A stretch of DNA of 64,000 nt, taken from Octopus vulgaris. Its lineage: Eukaryota. The notes beneath the pieces are model-generated. The model had not been told where the DNA came from. It saw nothing but the letters and a program-made list of their open reading frames with translations, and did no database searches. Of this stretch, positions 14,586 to 30,079 are shown in pieces; position 1 is the first letter of the stretch; each line of letters begins with the position of its first letter. The translations under genes were made by a program, and so were the position numbers. The stretch is from assembly GCA_951406725.2 (NCBI GenBank), contig OX597824.1, positions 8,742,001-8,806,000 of the forward strand, in the 5' to 3' direction.

Positions 14586-15389
14586 TTTAATAATTCATGA
14601 GTTTATATGGGTATGTATTTATGTATGTGTGTGTGTATGTATGTTTGTATGTATGTATGTGTGTATGTATGTATGTATGTATGTGTATGTACGTGTATGT
14701 GTTTATGTATGTATGTATGTATGTATGTATGTATGTATGTATGTATGTATGTATGTATGTATGTATGTATGTGTGTGTGTGTATGTATGTATGTATGTAT
14801 GTATGTATGTGTATGTATGTGCGTGCGTGTATATATGTATGTGTGTGTGGAAGTATATTTGTATGTATGTGTATGTGCATGTATGTATGCATGTGTGTAT
14901 GTATGTATGTATGTATGATATTGTTGTATATATGCATGTATATATATATATATACGTATATATATGCGTGTATGTATATATGTATGTGTGTGCGTATGTA
15001 TTGTTGTATGTATGTATATACATTTATACAATCACACCTATACGTTTGCATGTTGGTATGCATGTATATAGTTATGTACTTAGGTATGTATGCATGTACA
15101 TATGTACGTAGATAGGTATGTATATACAGATGCATGTACCCATGTACAATTATTTGTTTTATATATGATGCTTTTGAGATTATCTCAAAACTTGACAGTC
15201 TTCTCTGAGTTTCCGTTCAGGTGAGAGTGCAGCAACAACTACAGTATAACAACGTGGTTTTACCACGTAGCACTTCTTTCGATTCCCTGACTCGAGTTGA
15301 TGCTTCAAGACATCGTTAGCTAGAATAGGAGGTTACGTGGCAGCGGAAATATCTCCTCGGAAATATGTAAGAATCTCCGCAGTGCCCAG

Positions 15390-16130
15390 CTCCACCCCAT
15401 TGGTCATTTCTAATTATGCTCGCCCACCGAGTGACAGCCGCCCCTACATTAGCAATACTACAACCGTCACTGTGCCTAAGACACAACATTATATTACTCA
15501 AATCTTATGTTGCACATCATCTAACCTTATATATTGTATTCTATGCAAACTTTTCGACGCCCTTTACATTGGGCAAACCGGCCGACGCCTTGCTGATCAC
15601 TTTCAGGAGCATATTCGAACCATACTACTACATATGCTTGGCCAAACTGTCGCCATCCACTTCAACACTACAGGCATTTCTATCACTCACTTATCAGTGT
15701 GTGACATCGCCTCACACCATAGATCTACGTTCTCTAGGAAACGGAGACAACAATATATATATATTCAAACTAAACACCAACAGATTTAATGCACATTTTC
15801 CTTCTACCGTTATACCACCTCTTAATTCCTTAAACGCGTTCGTATCCTTCACCTCCCCTCTTTCCTCACTCTTTCCTTTATCCCGCCTTTGACTTTTTCT
15901 CCTTTATCCCGTTACCCTTTCCTTCTTACACTGTTTCTCCTACCACCAATCGTTCACATATGAAGCTCAGGTGGTCCTGCATTCCTTATTAGCTGCAACC
16001 AGTTTTTCTTAATCTAAGACATATTACTCTGCTCTCTTTCTCATTCATTTATTTCCTTTCAACATTTTTCTTCCATAAAAAAAGATTGTATTCAAAACGT
16101 TGGATTTTCTACACTTCATGGAAAGTTCAC
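15390..16130 (+). pseudogene. Decayed PLE (Neptune-like) GIY-YIG endonuclease fragment + pyrimidine-rich 3' region
   Basis: CTSSNLIYCILCKLFDALYIGQTGRRLADHFQEH...VAIHFN in track ORF 15337..15789. A possible decayed HHR remnant (tcc..ttcAAAACGTTgga) lies near 16070-16104. Confidence 0.75.
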
Positions 16131-16465
16131 AGCATTCTTTTTATCAATTTTACTGCATAAGTCTTGCTGATGTAGAACAAAACCTGCCCTGTTGGATTGG
16201 GCGCAGTATTGTTGAATAATTAGTAAGTTTTCTTCACCACCATGAGTTTCTGGGTTCGATTCCGTTGCGTGTCGACCATACAATGTGAGTGTAATTGAAA
16301 ATGTAGAAACGTGGATTTTGAAAGAGAATTTCGTTAAGGGTACAAATGCCAGTGAAATGCTCAGCTAATTGAATGCTAATTCAATGAGCAGATGATTGAA
16401 TTTATCAAAGAACAGAATTGCCATCATTGAACGAGCCATATGCATACATACAAACGATATCTATC

Positions 16466-16637
<172 letters not shown>

Positions 16638-16639
16638 CG

Positions 16640-17230
16640 AGTTGGTATGAAATAACGTCAAAACGCTGTAACACCACCAATGGGAATCAAACCTTGTACA
16701 TATTGTAAACCGTACAACAGTGCTAACCATTATTCCAAGGCGACATTACAACTTCAATAGTCCAACAGTGAATATATCTGATATCATCAAAGAAAATACC
16801 TCAAAAACATCTGTCCCTTTGCTTGAATATACTAATCTGTCAAGAAGCAAAGTCTATTGGCGTAATATCGAACAAATATCTGGCTTTCAACCTATACATC
16901 AATCAAATGATTCATCGCTCTTACTTTGATCCATGCATATTAAAAGATATATCAGAATATTCTTTATCGTGTATCAAACCAAAATTGACGAACACACTAT
17001 TGGCCCTTGCTTTATTGTAATCTGTACACCACCGAAAGATACAAATATCTGAAAAGCTTTGTAACTGGAAAAACTGCGTCCTACGCATAACTTACCCTGT
17101 TGCTTACTGATAGAAAAACTTTCATGTGCTTAACAAATAAAATCTATGTGGGATATACATGAGTAAAAACGCATTTGGTTTCTGCTTAGGTTTCACTGAA
17201 AACGGTTCGAAATACCCAGGGGGAATTTAA
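16640..17230 (+). pseudogene. Very decayed Naiad-like PLE remnant
   Basis: Fragments in different frames (ICPF, IGVISNKY, YCNLYTTERY) echo the CPL / YIGMTSN / CDLCxxE motifs of the 49340-50767 element. It starts at a (TA)n tract. Confidence 0.3.
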
Positions 17231-17460
17231 AAAGAAATGGTCCTTATACGAGAGCTGTAGAAGATTAAGTTTAATTTAATGTATGTAAAATACATCACCG
17301 AGATATGTAATTGAGGCTTGTTGATAAAAATATCATGTAGATTAGAAAATAGAACAATAGTTACACAAAATAGATCTTTCATCACACCCCCGCGCTCACA
17401 CACACACACATGCTTACACACACACATACACACACATAGACACACACACGCTCATACACA

Positions 17461-17561
<101 letters not shown>

Positions 17562-17868
17562 GTGGAGGCGCAATGGCCTGGTGGTTAGGGCAGCGGATTC
17601 GCGGTCGTAGGATCGCGGTTTCGATTCCCAGACCGGGCGTTGTGAGTGTTTATTGAGCGAAAACACCTAAAAGCTCCACGAGGCTCCGGCAGGGGGTGGT
17701 GATCCCTGTTGTACACTTTCACCACTCTTTCTTCCACTCTTTCTTCTGTTGGCCTGCTCGCTTAGCCAGCGGGGTGGAGTCATTCAAAGGCTAAAACAAT
17801 GCGAACGCATTGTGACCAGCGATGTGTAACAACATCTGATGGCCTGGTCGGTCACGTGATCACGTGAT
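17562..17868 (+). mobile_element. tRNA(Arg-like)-derived SINE family D
   Basis: TGGCCTGGTGGTTAGGGC A-box, GTTTCGATTCCC B-box; the tail ends TCACGTGATCACGTGA-(TA)n. Confidence 0.75.
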
Positions 17869-19658
17869 ATACATATATATATACACACATATATCCTCGG
17901 TAAATCGTAAATCCGAAAGCTTTAGAATAATTAAATAACGATAGTAATAGCCAGTCTATAGCGTTACACCATATCTTATGGCAGAGGAATAGTATTTAAC
18001 TGCTATTTCTAAATTTCAGTATGTGGTGAAGCAAATTTTGCTGAATCCTAATTATAAGTATGATTATAATTATAGAATGTTTGTATAAGGTTACCGATAA
18101 TGGTTCTTTTAACATACCGAACTACTTGGTAAAATTATTAATTATTAATTGAATAATTAATGTTACCCTTTATTATTATTGATAATATATAGATATAGAT
18201 ATTATAGACAGATACGAATGATAGCATGATAGTACAAGGCAAGCTGTACGACCTCGGCCGACTATTGTTCTACGAGCATGAAACTTACAGTAGCTCGCAA
18301 ATTAAATTGCGTCCACAGGCAGACACACAGACAGACACACACACGAATACTGCTTCGTGGCATCTTAATGGCAAACGGGAAAGATTTTATAAGGTGTAAA
18401 ACAGACTATTTCAATTATGCTATTTTATTGGTTTCGTGAAACGAATTTCTTGTATGGACATCAATACCACAAGAAACCAGCAGAAAACCATTTCCTCTCG
18501 CGCTGGGAATGGTTTTGTCCAACGTTTATATCTTTGCCGTAACAATTTATTTATCAGTTAATTGAGACATTTCCTCTGTGACTGACAAGAATGCGAATCG
18601 GATTCAATTGATTACGTTGATTTGCAATTAGTACAATGAATTTGTAATAATTTTATGCATTGACTTGGTTAAATTTTCGTTCTTTTTTTAAAACATTTTC
18701 CCTTAAATCATCGATGACATAGCATTCGTATATATTAGCTATTTTGATCTCGTTGGATCTCCTCAGTGGGAAGCTGTTAGGGGGTCTATTAAAAATTATG
18801 TTACATAATATTAGATCTTTATTAACTTCGAGAAAACAGGAGGTGCTTCTCTTTGCTTTTTCCGGGCCTCTCTTTCTCTTTACTTTTTCCTACCGGTCCG
18901 TTTTAATATCTCTATTAAATATATACATGCATGCAGTAAAAACACCCCATTTACACACACACACACACGTCGGGTGCGCATATATAAAGTTATAAATACA
19001 AAAGCAAATAAGTAAATAAATATATACTCGTATGTATCGACTTTTGTGTTATGTGTTGTGTGTGTGTGTGTGTGTCTATGTGGTTTTATATGATGTTGAA
19101 TGCGTTTATGTGTGTGTGTACTAATTGTGAATATTGAATAAATGTCTTGTGAAAGCTTGCATATTTCTTTTAAGATACATATATACACACATCCACCCAC
19201 GTATTTAAGGCTGAATATACACGTTTATCGCAAATAAATGAAAGAATATATTTTGTATAAAAAAAAATCACACACACACACACACATACACATACACTTA
19301 TAGGTGTGAATAAAACATATATACGTATGTATCTATATGTATACCTATAAGTATGTATATATAAATATGTATATATATACGTGTGTTCTGTATGTAAAAT
19401 ATGCGTTTTATGTTGAGTAATGCATATTTTTACAGATATATTCATAAATGCGTGTAGTTAAGTGTTGGTTGTATAATTTTTACAAGCATTAAGTACACGA
19501 CATGATATATATTTTTATGTAGGCATAAATATGCATTCGAAATGTACTTGCATGTGTGAATACACGTACACGTACATACATACATGAATATATATATATA
19601 CACACATATGTATATATATATGTGTGTGTATATATATGTACATATCTATGTATGTATG

Positions 19659-19696
<38 letters not shown>

Positions 19697-19834
19697 TACA
19701 TACATAGATATGTACATATATATGCACACACAAATACATGCATATAAAACACATATATACGTAAGTGTATATGTATACATATATATGTACATATATGCAT
19801 ATATACACATATATACATATACACATATATGTAC

Positions 19835-19882
<48 letters not shown>

Positions 19883-19971
19883 TATATATATATATATACA
19901 TATATACATATATATGTACATATATAGATTTATACATATATATACATATATATGCATATATATAAATACAA

Positions 19972-20061
<90 letters not shown>

Positions 20062-20463
20062 ATATATGTATATAAGTACATACATCAGGTGATATACTTT
20101 CCAAATGTTCAAATCTGTATGTGTCTATTAAAATGGCATCTTTTTTTATGGCTCTCCGCTATCTTTGCTTCGCTGTGCTTTGTCTTTCTTTAATCAACGT
20201 AGTTTATGGGACTTTATTCGATTTAATTTCAGATAACGAGTCCAATAAACAATGCCATTCTCCTTACTATCTCCAGCAAAACGCCTGAAATGCTCCTTTA
20301 CATACATTACGTTTGCGGCTGCATTGAAGTAAAATAATTTTATCAAAGCTCCTTCTCACTCTTTCTTCTCCTCCTACCGCTGCTCACATCTCTTTCCTTT
20401 CACTTCTCGATACATAGAAAATTCAAAAGAGAAGTGAAATACGTGTATGTGTACACACACACA

Positions 20464-20528
<65 letters not shown>

Positions 20529-20657
20529 TTATAAATAATTATATACATATATATATAATCATATATATCATATATATTTATATCTATGTATATTATATAT
20601 ATAATATATGTATACGTATATATATATTAAACATATATATATATAGATATATCTATG

Positions 20658-20747
<90 letters not shown>

Positions 20748-21540
20748 GATATATATATATAAATGTATATATCATATATATATATCTATATATATTATAT
20801 ATATGATATATATATAAATGTTTATATATATATATGTTGTGTATATTATATATATCATACATATATATATGTATATATACATCATATATATATATAATAC
20901 CATGTATATATGTTTATGTATGTATGTATGTGTGTATATATACGTATGTGTGTGTGTGAGTGTGTATGTATATATATATATATATAGACGTTGTATATAT
21001 ATGCACGTATATATTGCAATTGGATTATGTCGAACAGCTATTTCTGTCAACAACGTGATGCATGTGGCTGATTAGATCTTTCAGTTTTTAAGCAAACACA
21101 AGCGCGCGCGCACACACATGCACATACACACATACATATACACACGCATGCACACATACATTGACACCTATGCACAAATACGCCCACGCGAATGCATATG
21201 AATGCAAATATGCATATGACTTTCCACGCACATGTACACGCACAGAGGCTAATTCAGTTACATGCACACATGCACGCACAGACAAGCATACATACGCATC
21301 TATTTACATATACACACATATAAATACATACATTCATACATATATATATATACATTAATTCAAAGGCTACAGATCCTATCTATCACTGGAACTGTAAAAA
21401 TCTGTAAAACTTCAAGAAATTTAGCATTTGAATAAATATGAGCAAGTCTAGATATGCAACTATATGCATGAGAATTCATACATAAATCAAAGCATACACA
21501 TCTGCACATACATACATACATACATACATACATACATACA

Positions 21541-21574
<34 letters not shown>

Positions 21575-21775
21575 CATACATACATACATACATACATTAG
21601 TACATACATACATGCGTACATACATACATACATACATACATACATACATACATACATACATACATACATACATGCATATACATACATACATACATACATA
21701 CATACATTAGTACATACATACATACATACATACATACATACATACATACATACATACATACATACATGCATGCTT

Positions 21776-22100
21776 ACAAACAAAAAGTACCCAGTTATTG
21801 ATGTTGAAATTCTAATGAACGAACCTTAGATCTACGTTAGAAAATGGCTCCTTCTCTACTGGCAAGAAATCTTGAAATAAAACTGAATAATGATATACAT
21901 ACATACAAGCATACGTACAAACAAACAAACATACATACATGCATACATACATACATACATACATACATAAATACATACATACATGCATACAAAGACAAAT
22001 ACCCTGTTGTTGATGTTGAAATTCTAATGAAGGAAGCTTGGATCTACGTTAGAAACCGGCTCCTCCTCTATTGGCAAAAAATCTTGAAATAATACTGAAC
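21776..22100 (+). mobile_element. Two tandem ~115-bp retroelement 3' ends, each followed by (CATA)n
   Basis: 21776-21893 and 21988-22100 share TGATGTTGAAATTCTAATGAA..GATCTACGTTAGAAA..ATCTTGAAATAAxACTGAA. A third, internally deleted copy lies at 61362-61402, also within (CATA)n. Confidence 0.65.
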
Positions 22101-22159
22101 ATAAATACATGCATACACGCATACATACATAACTAATTACACAACCATGGTAGATGCAA

Positions 22160-22650
22160 AATTGTGAAGAAAAGAGAGGAAACAACCATAAACTGTCCAC
22201 AGTGTGTCTAGCCTATGTGAAAGGCCTCTCCAAAAAAGACACAAAATATATACGGTCCATATGACACCAGGACAGTATTCAAGAGTAATACAACACTTCG
22301 CAAATAATATTTCCTTCGAGTAAAACCACCAATAGAAGAGAATATGACCAAAGACTGCGTGTACTCAATCCCATGCAGCTGTGGTAGGTTATACAAAGGC
22401 GAAACATGCTGCCCCCTCAAAATAAGGGTAGAGGAACATCGCAAAGCTGTGACACGGGGAGATATTGATAAATCGGGTATAGCTGATCATGAATAGAAAA
22501 ATGGAGACCACCTCCCCCTGTGGGATGAAGTTAAAATAATAGACAGAGGACAGCACTGGAAAATACGAAACCTAAAAGAAGCAGCACATATGTTAGGATA
22601 CAATAACCTAAGCAGATATGAGTAGCATATGGGAACCGGTATTAAGGAAG
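22160..22650 (+). pseudogene. Decayed PLE (Penelope/Poseidon-like) thumb + GIY-YIG fragment
   Basis: Manual translation: TVCLAYVKGLS..(fs)..TVFKSNTTLR..KDCVYSIPCSCGRLYKGETCCPLKIRVEEHRKA..KSGIADHE*..WDEVKIIDR..RNLKEAAHM, with stops and frameshifts. Confidence 0.8.
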
Positions 22651-22771
22651 GAAAATATTTGGTTTATAAGCCCTAAAATTCACTCCATAATTGCCCACGG
22701 GCATATGGCATAGTGCTTAAGAGCGCAGGCTACTAACCCCAGTTCGATTGCAGGCAGTAACCTGAATAATG

Positions 22772-22897
<126 letters not shown>

Positions 22898-23689
22898 GCA
22901 GCAGCAACAACATCGGAATGAGAACCCAGGTTCGAAATTGAAGGTGTGTGTGATGAACGTTGTGTTAACAACAAACAAGATGAGGACAAATATCCGTGAA
23001 ATGTCAATAATGTAAATAATGTACATAATTCCTCATCTCTTAAATATAGAACTGTAACATCGATGTTGTTGAGTGACCTTGTTTCTGTATTAGGGTGCGG
23101 AAAAATGGCTTGTTGTTCAGCTTGATAACAGTGCCCAGGTAAGCCTCCGTTGCGTAATAATAGGTATGTTTTGAGCCATCATTAGAGTCGTGATGAATGA
23201 AACGTCAAGGAAATCCTGAAACTCGTCATAGACCATGTTTCGCCTCGATAGAAATGCATGCTCTCTACACATACCCCGAAACATGTGTTGACTTTGGTAT
23301 ACAGGATTCTAGTTTAATAGTGTATTTGTGGTGTGAACTGACTGAAGTTCTGTAAATGCGTTAACCATTACGATAATGGAAGAAAAGGATTACACGAAAC
23401 CTTCGATTAGGTTCAACCTGTTATCATTAATGGCGGTTATTATCTCGAGTGAATTGAACCAATGAACAAAGCTTTTATGGTCCCTTAAACTGCAAAAAAT
23501 AGCATCTAAGTCTCCTTCTTACTCTAATAATACTATCTAAAAACTAGAGGTTACCCTGGATAATGTAGGTCTCGATAAATACGTTGGGACAGTAACAATT
23601 GAAATACTGTAAAAGAGAAATTATAGACCTGCTCCGAAATGGGATGGCAGAAGCCAAACATCGATGATTCGAACGAGTGAATATAAATG

Positions 23690-23843
23690 AAGCTGGTAAA
23701 AAAGTGTAATCGGTTAAGCCATTAGAAAGGCGGATAAAATGATTTGTGGTCTTTGTCCCCGCTATCAGTAATCCCAGTTCAATTTCGTTCGAAGTCGACT
23801 TTGCTTTACGGCATTTTGGGGTCGATAGATAAAACATCAGTAG
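23690..23843 (+). mobile_element. SINE family A, diverged
   Basis: AGTTCAATTTC..GTCGACTTTGCTTT..GGGGTCGATA. Confidence 0.5.
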
Positions 23844-25323
23844 AGGGCGGCGAATTGGCGCCGGACGGAATTTTTTGCAGTATCTGTTGTGAATCTGAGT
23901 ACAAACCCCTTCTGATAGGGAGGAAAAGGCGCTTTCCCAAGTCGACATAAACGAGGACAGTGTAGGGAGGGTCTTAAGCAATACCCCAAGCATTTCAAAT
24001 TGTTAATCCCTAAAGCCGTATACCACTGACTGGAAAGAACGTAAAGGGATTTTTCCAGTCTTGAGTAATCTCTCTGGTGTGGGGTTGAGTGCCCCATAAA
24101 TTAAACGTAAAATCTCGAGGTCTGAAATATTCTCATTAAACTACCACAAATACCACAAAACATATTGAGGGTTATTTAATTGTCACATCCCTGTATGTAA
24201 CTCTATAACAATTTACGATGCGGTGACAACGACATGGAATTTACCGAGCGGAACTCGTCGGAACAGCTTTTATAAAATCTTCCTTCCATTTTTAAGAGAA
24301 TGTTAGTTTGAAGAGAGATAAATTGAGAGGGAAAAGAGGAGGGAAAGGGAAAGTAGGAAGAGAATAAATTAAGGACTACAAGATTTTTCTATTCGATATT
24401 GGGTTTCTCGGAAGAAAAATTATAGAGAACTAAAAAAAAAAAAATGGCTCCTTGAAGACACGAAACACTACTTGTTATGTGTTCAACACTTCATCTTTTT
24501 CAAATACAAAGGCGTAATGAGTTTCTTATGTGCATTTTTTGAATATTGCACCTTTAGCATGCACAAAACTGTAACCTTTGTGTTTGTTGTCAGATCATTT
24601 CTGCAATGCATTTGGGAACAAAGGGAACGTTGCATATTTCCAATTAAGCCGAACGTCAGATGTCTTTCATCCGATTTGTAAAGTGGTGGGCAACCTCTCC
24701 CCGCCCAGCATGCATAAATAAATGCACACAGTCACACAGTCACATAGTCACACACGCACACAGAGTCACGTTCACACATATATACACACCACACGCAAAC
24801 ATACTCTCAGAGACACAGGCATTCAGACAAGTACATTCACACATTCTGTCACACATGCACATAGGCACGCAGACACACAGCCTCTCAGTCTTACACACGT
24901 GCGCGTGCACTGACACAGATGCATACATACGCACAAATGGACACAAGCAAACAGTCACACACAAATCCTGTCACACCAGAGCGCACACACACACACGCAC
25001 ACAAAGACATACACAAAGACCAAAGGCACACACACACACACACACAATCACCAAACGCACACACCAAATCAAAAACACACACACCAAGCACACACGCATA
25101 CACACATACAAACACCAAACACACACACACAAGCACCAAACACACACACACACACGCACACACAAACACCAAATCAGGCACACACACAAATACCAAACAC
25201 ACACAAACACCAAACGCACGCACACACACACTTAAAGGCACCAAATCAAGCACACACACACATGTACCAAACACACACACAGACCAAACACACACACAAA
25301 TACCAAACACACACACACACCAA

Positions 25324-25384
<61 letters not shown>

Positions 25385-26065
25385 AAACACACACACAATC
25401 ACACACACACACAAACAAACAAACGCGCACATATGCATATACTGAAGCAGAAAGCAAAAATGGCTGTTTTAATTTCACCCTGATGGCATCGAAGTGAAAT
25501 TATTCTTTTACATTTGTTTTGTTTCTTTCCTTCCTTCTAGAATTTTTAACCGTTTCACATTTCCATTTTGGTCGATTGCCTTTGAAATAGTTTATGAGTT
25601 TCATGAGATTAAATTTTCTTCGTTTCGTTGAAGTTACTTGAAAACCGGCGAAGCTCTACCAACCACAGTAATATCGTTGCATAAGATATAATACAGCATT
25701 CGGGCCGCTGATAACCGATAACAATTGAAGATTTTCAACGAAATTTGCACATTTGAATGAAGTTTAGTTGCAGCGTCGTCTACAACAACAACTGCGGTAT
25801 AAATACAATGTTAACATCGACGGGAAATGTAGCTGCCATCCAGTTTTAGCAATGGATGCGTTTAATCAGCCGTTGATATATAAAGAATGTCATCGAGATA
25901 TACTGTGTCGGTTTTATTGGATTAGAATTCGTGAGAAACTAGGCGAGAAACATGTAGGATTAGTTTTTGGTACGCATTTTCGTGTCCCGTGGGAATTTGT
26001 TTGGAAACCTAATTATGGAACGGAAAATATTGAGTAAGAGAGACAGGGTGAGTGAGAAACTGAGA

Positions 26066-26119
<54 letters not shown>

Positions 26120-26239
26120 GAGTGAGTGAGAGAAGGAAGGAGAGAGAGTGTGTGTGTGAAAGAGAGAGAGAGATGAAGAAAAAAGATACAGGGATAGAAA
26201 TATAAAATGTTCGATCGTTTTTAAACGACGAACGAATAA

Positions 26240-26636
26240 AAAGAAGACGAAAGAAGAAAGAAGAAAAAGAAAAAGAAGACGAAAGAAGAAAGAAGAAAAA
26301 GAAAAAGAAAAAGAAGAAGAAAGAAGAAAAAGAAAAGAAGAAAGAAGAAAAAGAAAAAGAAGAAAGAAGAAAAAGAAAAAGAAGACGAAAGAAGAAAGAA
26401 GAAAAAGAAGAAAACGAAAAAGAAAAAGAAGAAAGAAGAAAAGAAAAAGAAAAAGAAGAAAGAAGAAAAAGAAAAAGAAGAAAGAAGAAAAAGAAAAAGA
26501 AAAAGAAGAAAGAAGAAAAAGAAAAAGAAAAGAAGAAAGAAGAAAAAGACGAAAGAAGAAGAAAAAGAAAAAGAAGACGAAAGGAAAAAGAAGAAAAAGA
26601 AAGAGGATACGAAAGAAGAAAGAAGAAAAAGAAAAA
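26240..26636. repeat. ~400-bp polypurine (GAAAAA/GAAGAAA) compound repeat
   Basis: Almost only A and G on the + strand, with rare C. Confidence 0.9.
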
Positions 26637-27014
26637 GTGGTTCTGAAGAGAATGAAATACGGGAAATTGCAAGAATTCTTTTCGGGAACCGTGGATCTCG
26701 AAGCACACATAAAGCTATAAATAATAACATAAATATTGCGTTAAAAAACTATTTTGGATAGAAAAGTCCAAGGCGGCAAAAATAGTTTTTTTTTTCTGTC
26801 CAATATTTCCATGCTAATATTTACAATTTTATGCATGCTTCGAGATCCACTTCCAAAAACTAATTATTTCATGTTCTCTCGACAGTTCATAAGTTTCTAT
26901 AACGTCATCAACATGAATAGTATTTACGTTTTTGAGAATTTTCCATTTGACATGAAAATTATGAGTTTGCGTTTTTCAACAATAAGCTCGTGAATATCAC
27001 ATATTGAGCACTTA

Positions 27015-27345
27015 AGGTGGCGAGCTGGCAGAACCGTTAGCAAGCCGGGCGAAATGCTTAGTGGTATTTCGTCTGGCGCTACGTTCTGAGTTCAAATTCC
27101 GAGGACGGTCGACTTTGCCTTTCATCCTTTCGGAATCGATTAAGTAAGTACCAGTTACGCACTGAGGTCGATATAATAGACTTAATCCGTTTGCTTGTCC
27201 TTGTTTGTCCTCTCTGTGCTGAGCCCCTTGTGGGTAGTAAAGAAATAGGTATTTCGTCTGCTTCTACGTTCTGAGTTGAAATTCCGTAAATTCCGTCGTT
27301 CGACTACAGGCGGTGCTCCAGCATGGTCGTAGTCAAATGTCAGTA
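27015..27345 (+). mobile_element. tRNA-derived SINE family A (Meta-like central domain), ending in a family B tail
   Basis: GAGCTGGCAGAACCGTTAGC A-box-like and GAGTTCAAATTCC B-box, then GTCGACTTTGCCTTTCATCCTTTCGG..GATxAA..AGTACCAG. Several copies in the window. Confidence 0.8.
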
Positions 27346-27381
27346 GGAAATAAAAAAAGGAAAAAGAAAATATCTATATAA

Positions 27382-27438
<57 letters not shown>

Positions 27439-27540
27439 TATATGTGTGTGTATGCGCGTGTGTGCGTGGGGATAGACAAACATATACGTACTCGCATACA
27501 TATATACATGTATATATCTATATATTTATATATATGCTTA

Positions 27541-27575
<35 letters not shown>

Positions 27576-27713
27576 ATATATATATATATGTATGTATGTA
27601 TGTTTGTATGTATGTATATGCACACCTATAGTACATATGTATGCATGATACACATAGATACACAAGGAATACATAAATGTATGCACTCATGTGTCTGCGT
27701 TTGCATGTGTGTG

Positions 27714-27744
<31 letters not shown>

Positions 27745-28358
27745 TTGTGTGTGTGTGTTTGTGTGAGTCTGTGTGAGTGCATTTGTAAACCGACCAGGAA
27801 AATATTGTATTCAAAGTACGTCTTCAGTATTTTATTTTTTTACTTTCTCTTTCCTTGCATCTTTTTTTATTTTTCTTTTCTTACCCGCTAAAAAGAAATA
27901 TTACACTTCGCATTTTAAACAGAAAACATTCAGCGCAGCACAGAAAATAAATACACAATTCTTTTTACAGAAATAGAAAGCAGAGCAATAACAAGACAAA
28001 GAAAAACCTGCTCAAAATATTAAGTTATCAAAATACTAGAAAGAGAGAAAAAGATAAGGATACTGAAGTTCACACCTACGGCATTTGTCTAGTTTGTATC
28101 GTATTTTTTTATACATCTATTTCTGTTCTTTTCTTCTATATTCTTCACTTGTTTATTTTTTTTGGTTTTTGCTTTATCTATTGATTCACTTCTATTCCAT
28201 CGTATTTACCGTTTGGTTCCGGTCTTTTGTCATCTCGTCCACACACACACACACACGCAAAACACACACATGTATGTATATGTATATATATATATGATTG
28301 AATGCATATATATATAAATATATATATATATGTCTGTTTGTGTGTATATATATATATG

Positions 28359-28391
<33 letters not shown>

Positions 28392-28478
28392 GCATACACT
28401 TATATATATATACATATATATATAATTTTAAAATAGGATAAAAATTACATATATATATATGTTGTATGTATATATATG

Positions 28479-28520
<42 letters not shown>

Positions 28521-29084
28521 AGTATGTTTGTGTGTGTATGTGAGTGAATATATATGCTTGCACATACTCAGACACACATTATCCTACATAAACATATGTG
28601 TATATGTGTGGACGCGATTTCAGGGCGTTTTATGAAGAGACATGCATTTGAACATTCTTTTTACCGAGGTGTTATAGACTTACTGAGAACATGCGGCAGA
28701 TACGCATTCACACGGACACATTGACATCCTCGCAGCCGGACACTATTTCTACGCATGTCTCAGATAACATGTCTACTCTGTTGAGTACATTGATTAGAAA
28801 TAATAAAAAGTAATGACCTTGTAGAGCCGGGCGTCAAAAATCCAAATATTAAATTTGTATTCGGTCCAGGAGGGAGACGTTAACTGAAAGTTCAAGCTTG
28901 ATTGAATTTCATATCGGTTTTTCCCATCGATTAATATACCATCAATCGCCACTGATATACACAATACTTGTCGTCACTATCAGCACATACACACTGCTAT
29001 CATCGCCAGCATTCTTTACTGTAGAACGGTCGATAATAGTTCTTTCTGGTAGAAGCACAAGGTTTGGAATTTTGACGGGAGAGG

Positions 29085-29450
29085 GTAAGTCTATTACATC
29101 GGCCTCATTACTAGAATGGTACTTATTTTATCGACCCTAAATGGATAAAAGCAAGGTCCATTTCGGTTTAATTTGCATTCAGAAAGTCTAGAGCTGAAAA
29201 GCTGCAAAGCATTTTGTTAAAGGTTCTGCTAGCTCACCGTTCTTCGGTCGATATTAAAATTCTTTGCTTATTTTTTGTATGAGGCAGCAATTTTGATTAG
29301 TGAGAAAGTCGACTACATTGCCCCTCGTTCTCGACTGGTGCTTATTTTATCGACCCCGAAAGAAATGAACGGCAGTGTCTCTCTCGGTCGAATTTGAACT
29401 CAAAATGTCCCACGTGGTAAAGACTATGTCAGCTCAACGTCCTTCTATCG
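29085..29450 (-). mobile_element. Two diverged SINE family A fragments
   Basis: TTATTTTATCGACCC blocks at ~29122 and ~29342, each with downstream head remnants. Confidence 0.5.
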
Positions 29451-29830
29451 ATATTAAGATTATATGTAATTATAGAAGCAGGCTATCCTTACTTGTATAT
29501 GGTGCTAGTTTTTACGTTTATTACATGTGAACAAATGCATTGCTAACATCCAACATTTCACTTCAAATGCTCGGCGTCGTTATTCCATGCGATATATCAA
29601 AGTAATCCAAACCAATACAATACTTGAAAATTACATCTTACAGCAAGATGTCCATCTTGGAATTGGTATTGGTGAAACTTTAGCAAGTTTAACAAGTACG
29701 AATCCTATTTGAATATTGCTCACACCTTTAGGACATAGAAAGTTGTTATTCTGACGAACATCTTTGAATATGCGAAGAAAATATATTATCCGTTTGCAAG
29801 GTAGACTTTATTTGTCATTATACTTTAACC

Positions 29831-30079
29831 TATTTCTTTACAACCCACAAGGGACTAAACACAGAGAGGGCAAACAAGGACAGACAAACAGATTAAGTCG
29901 ATTATATCGACCCCAGTGCGTAACTGGTACTTATTTAATCGACCCCGAAGGATGAAAGGCAAAGTCGACCTCGGTGGAATTTGAACTTCAGCGGAATTTG
30001 AACTCAGAACGTAGCGGCAGACGAAATACTGCTAAGCATTTTGCCCGGCGTGCTAACGATTGTGCCAGCTCGCCACCTT
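29831..30079 (-). mobile_element. SINE family A
   Basis: Reverse complement of 27015-27250. Confidence 0.8.
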
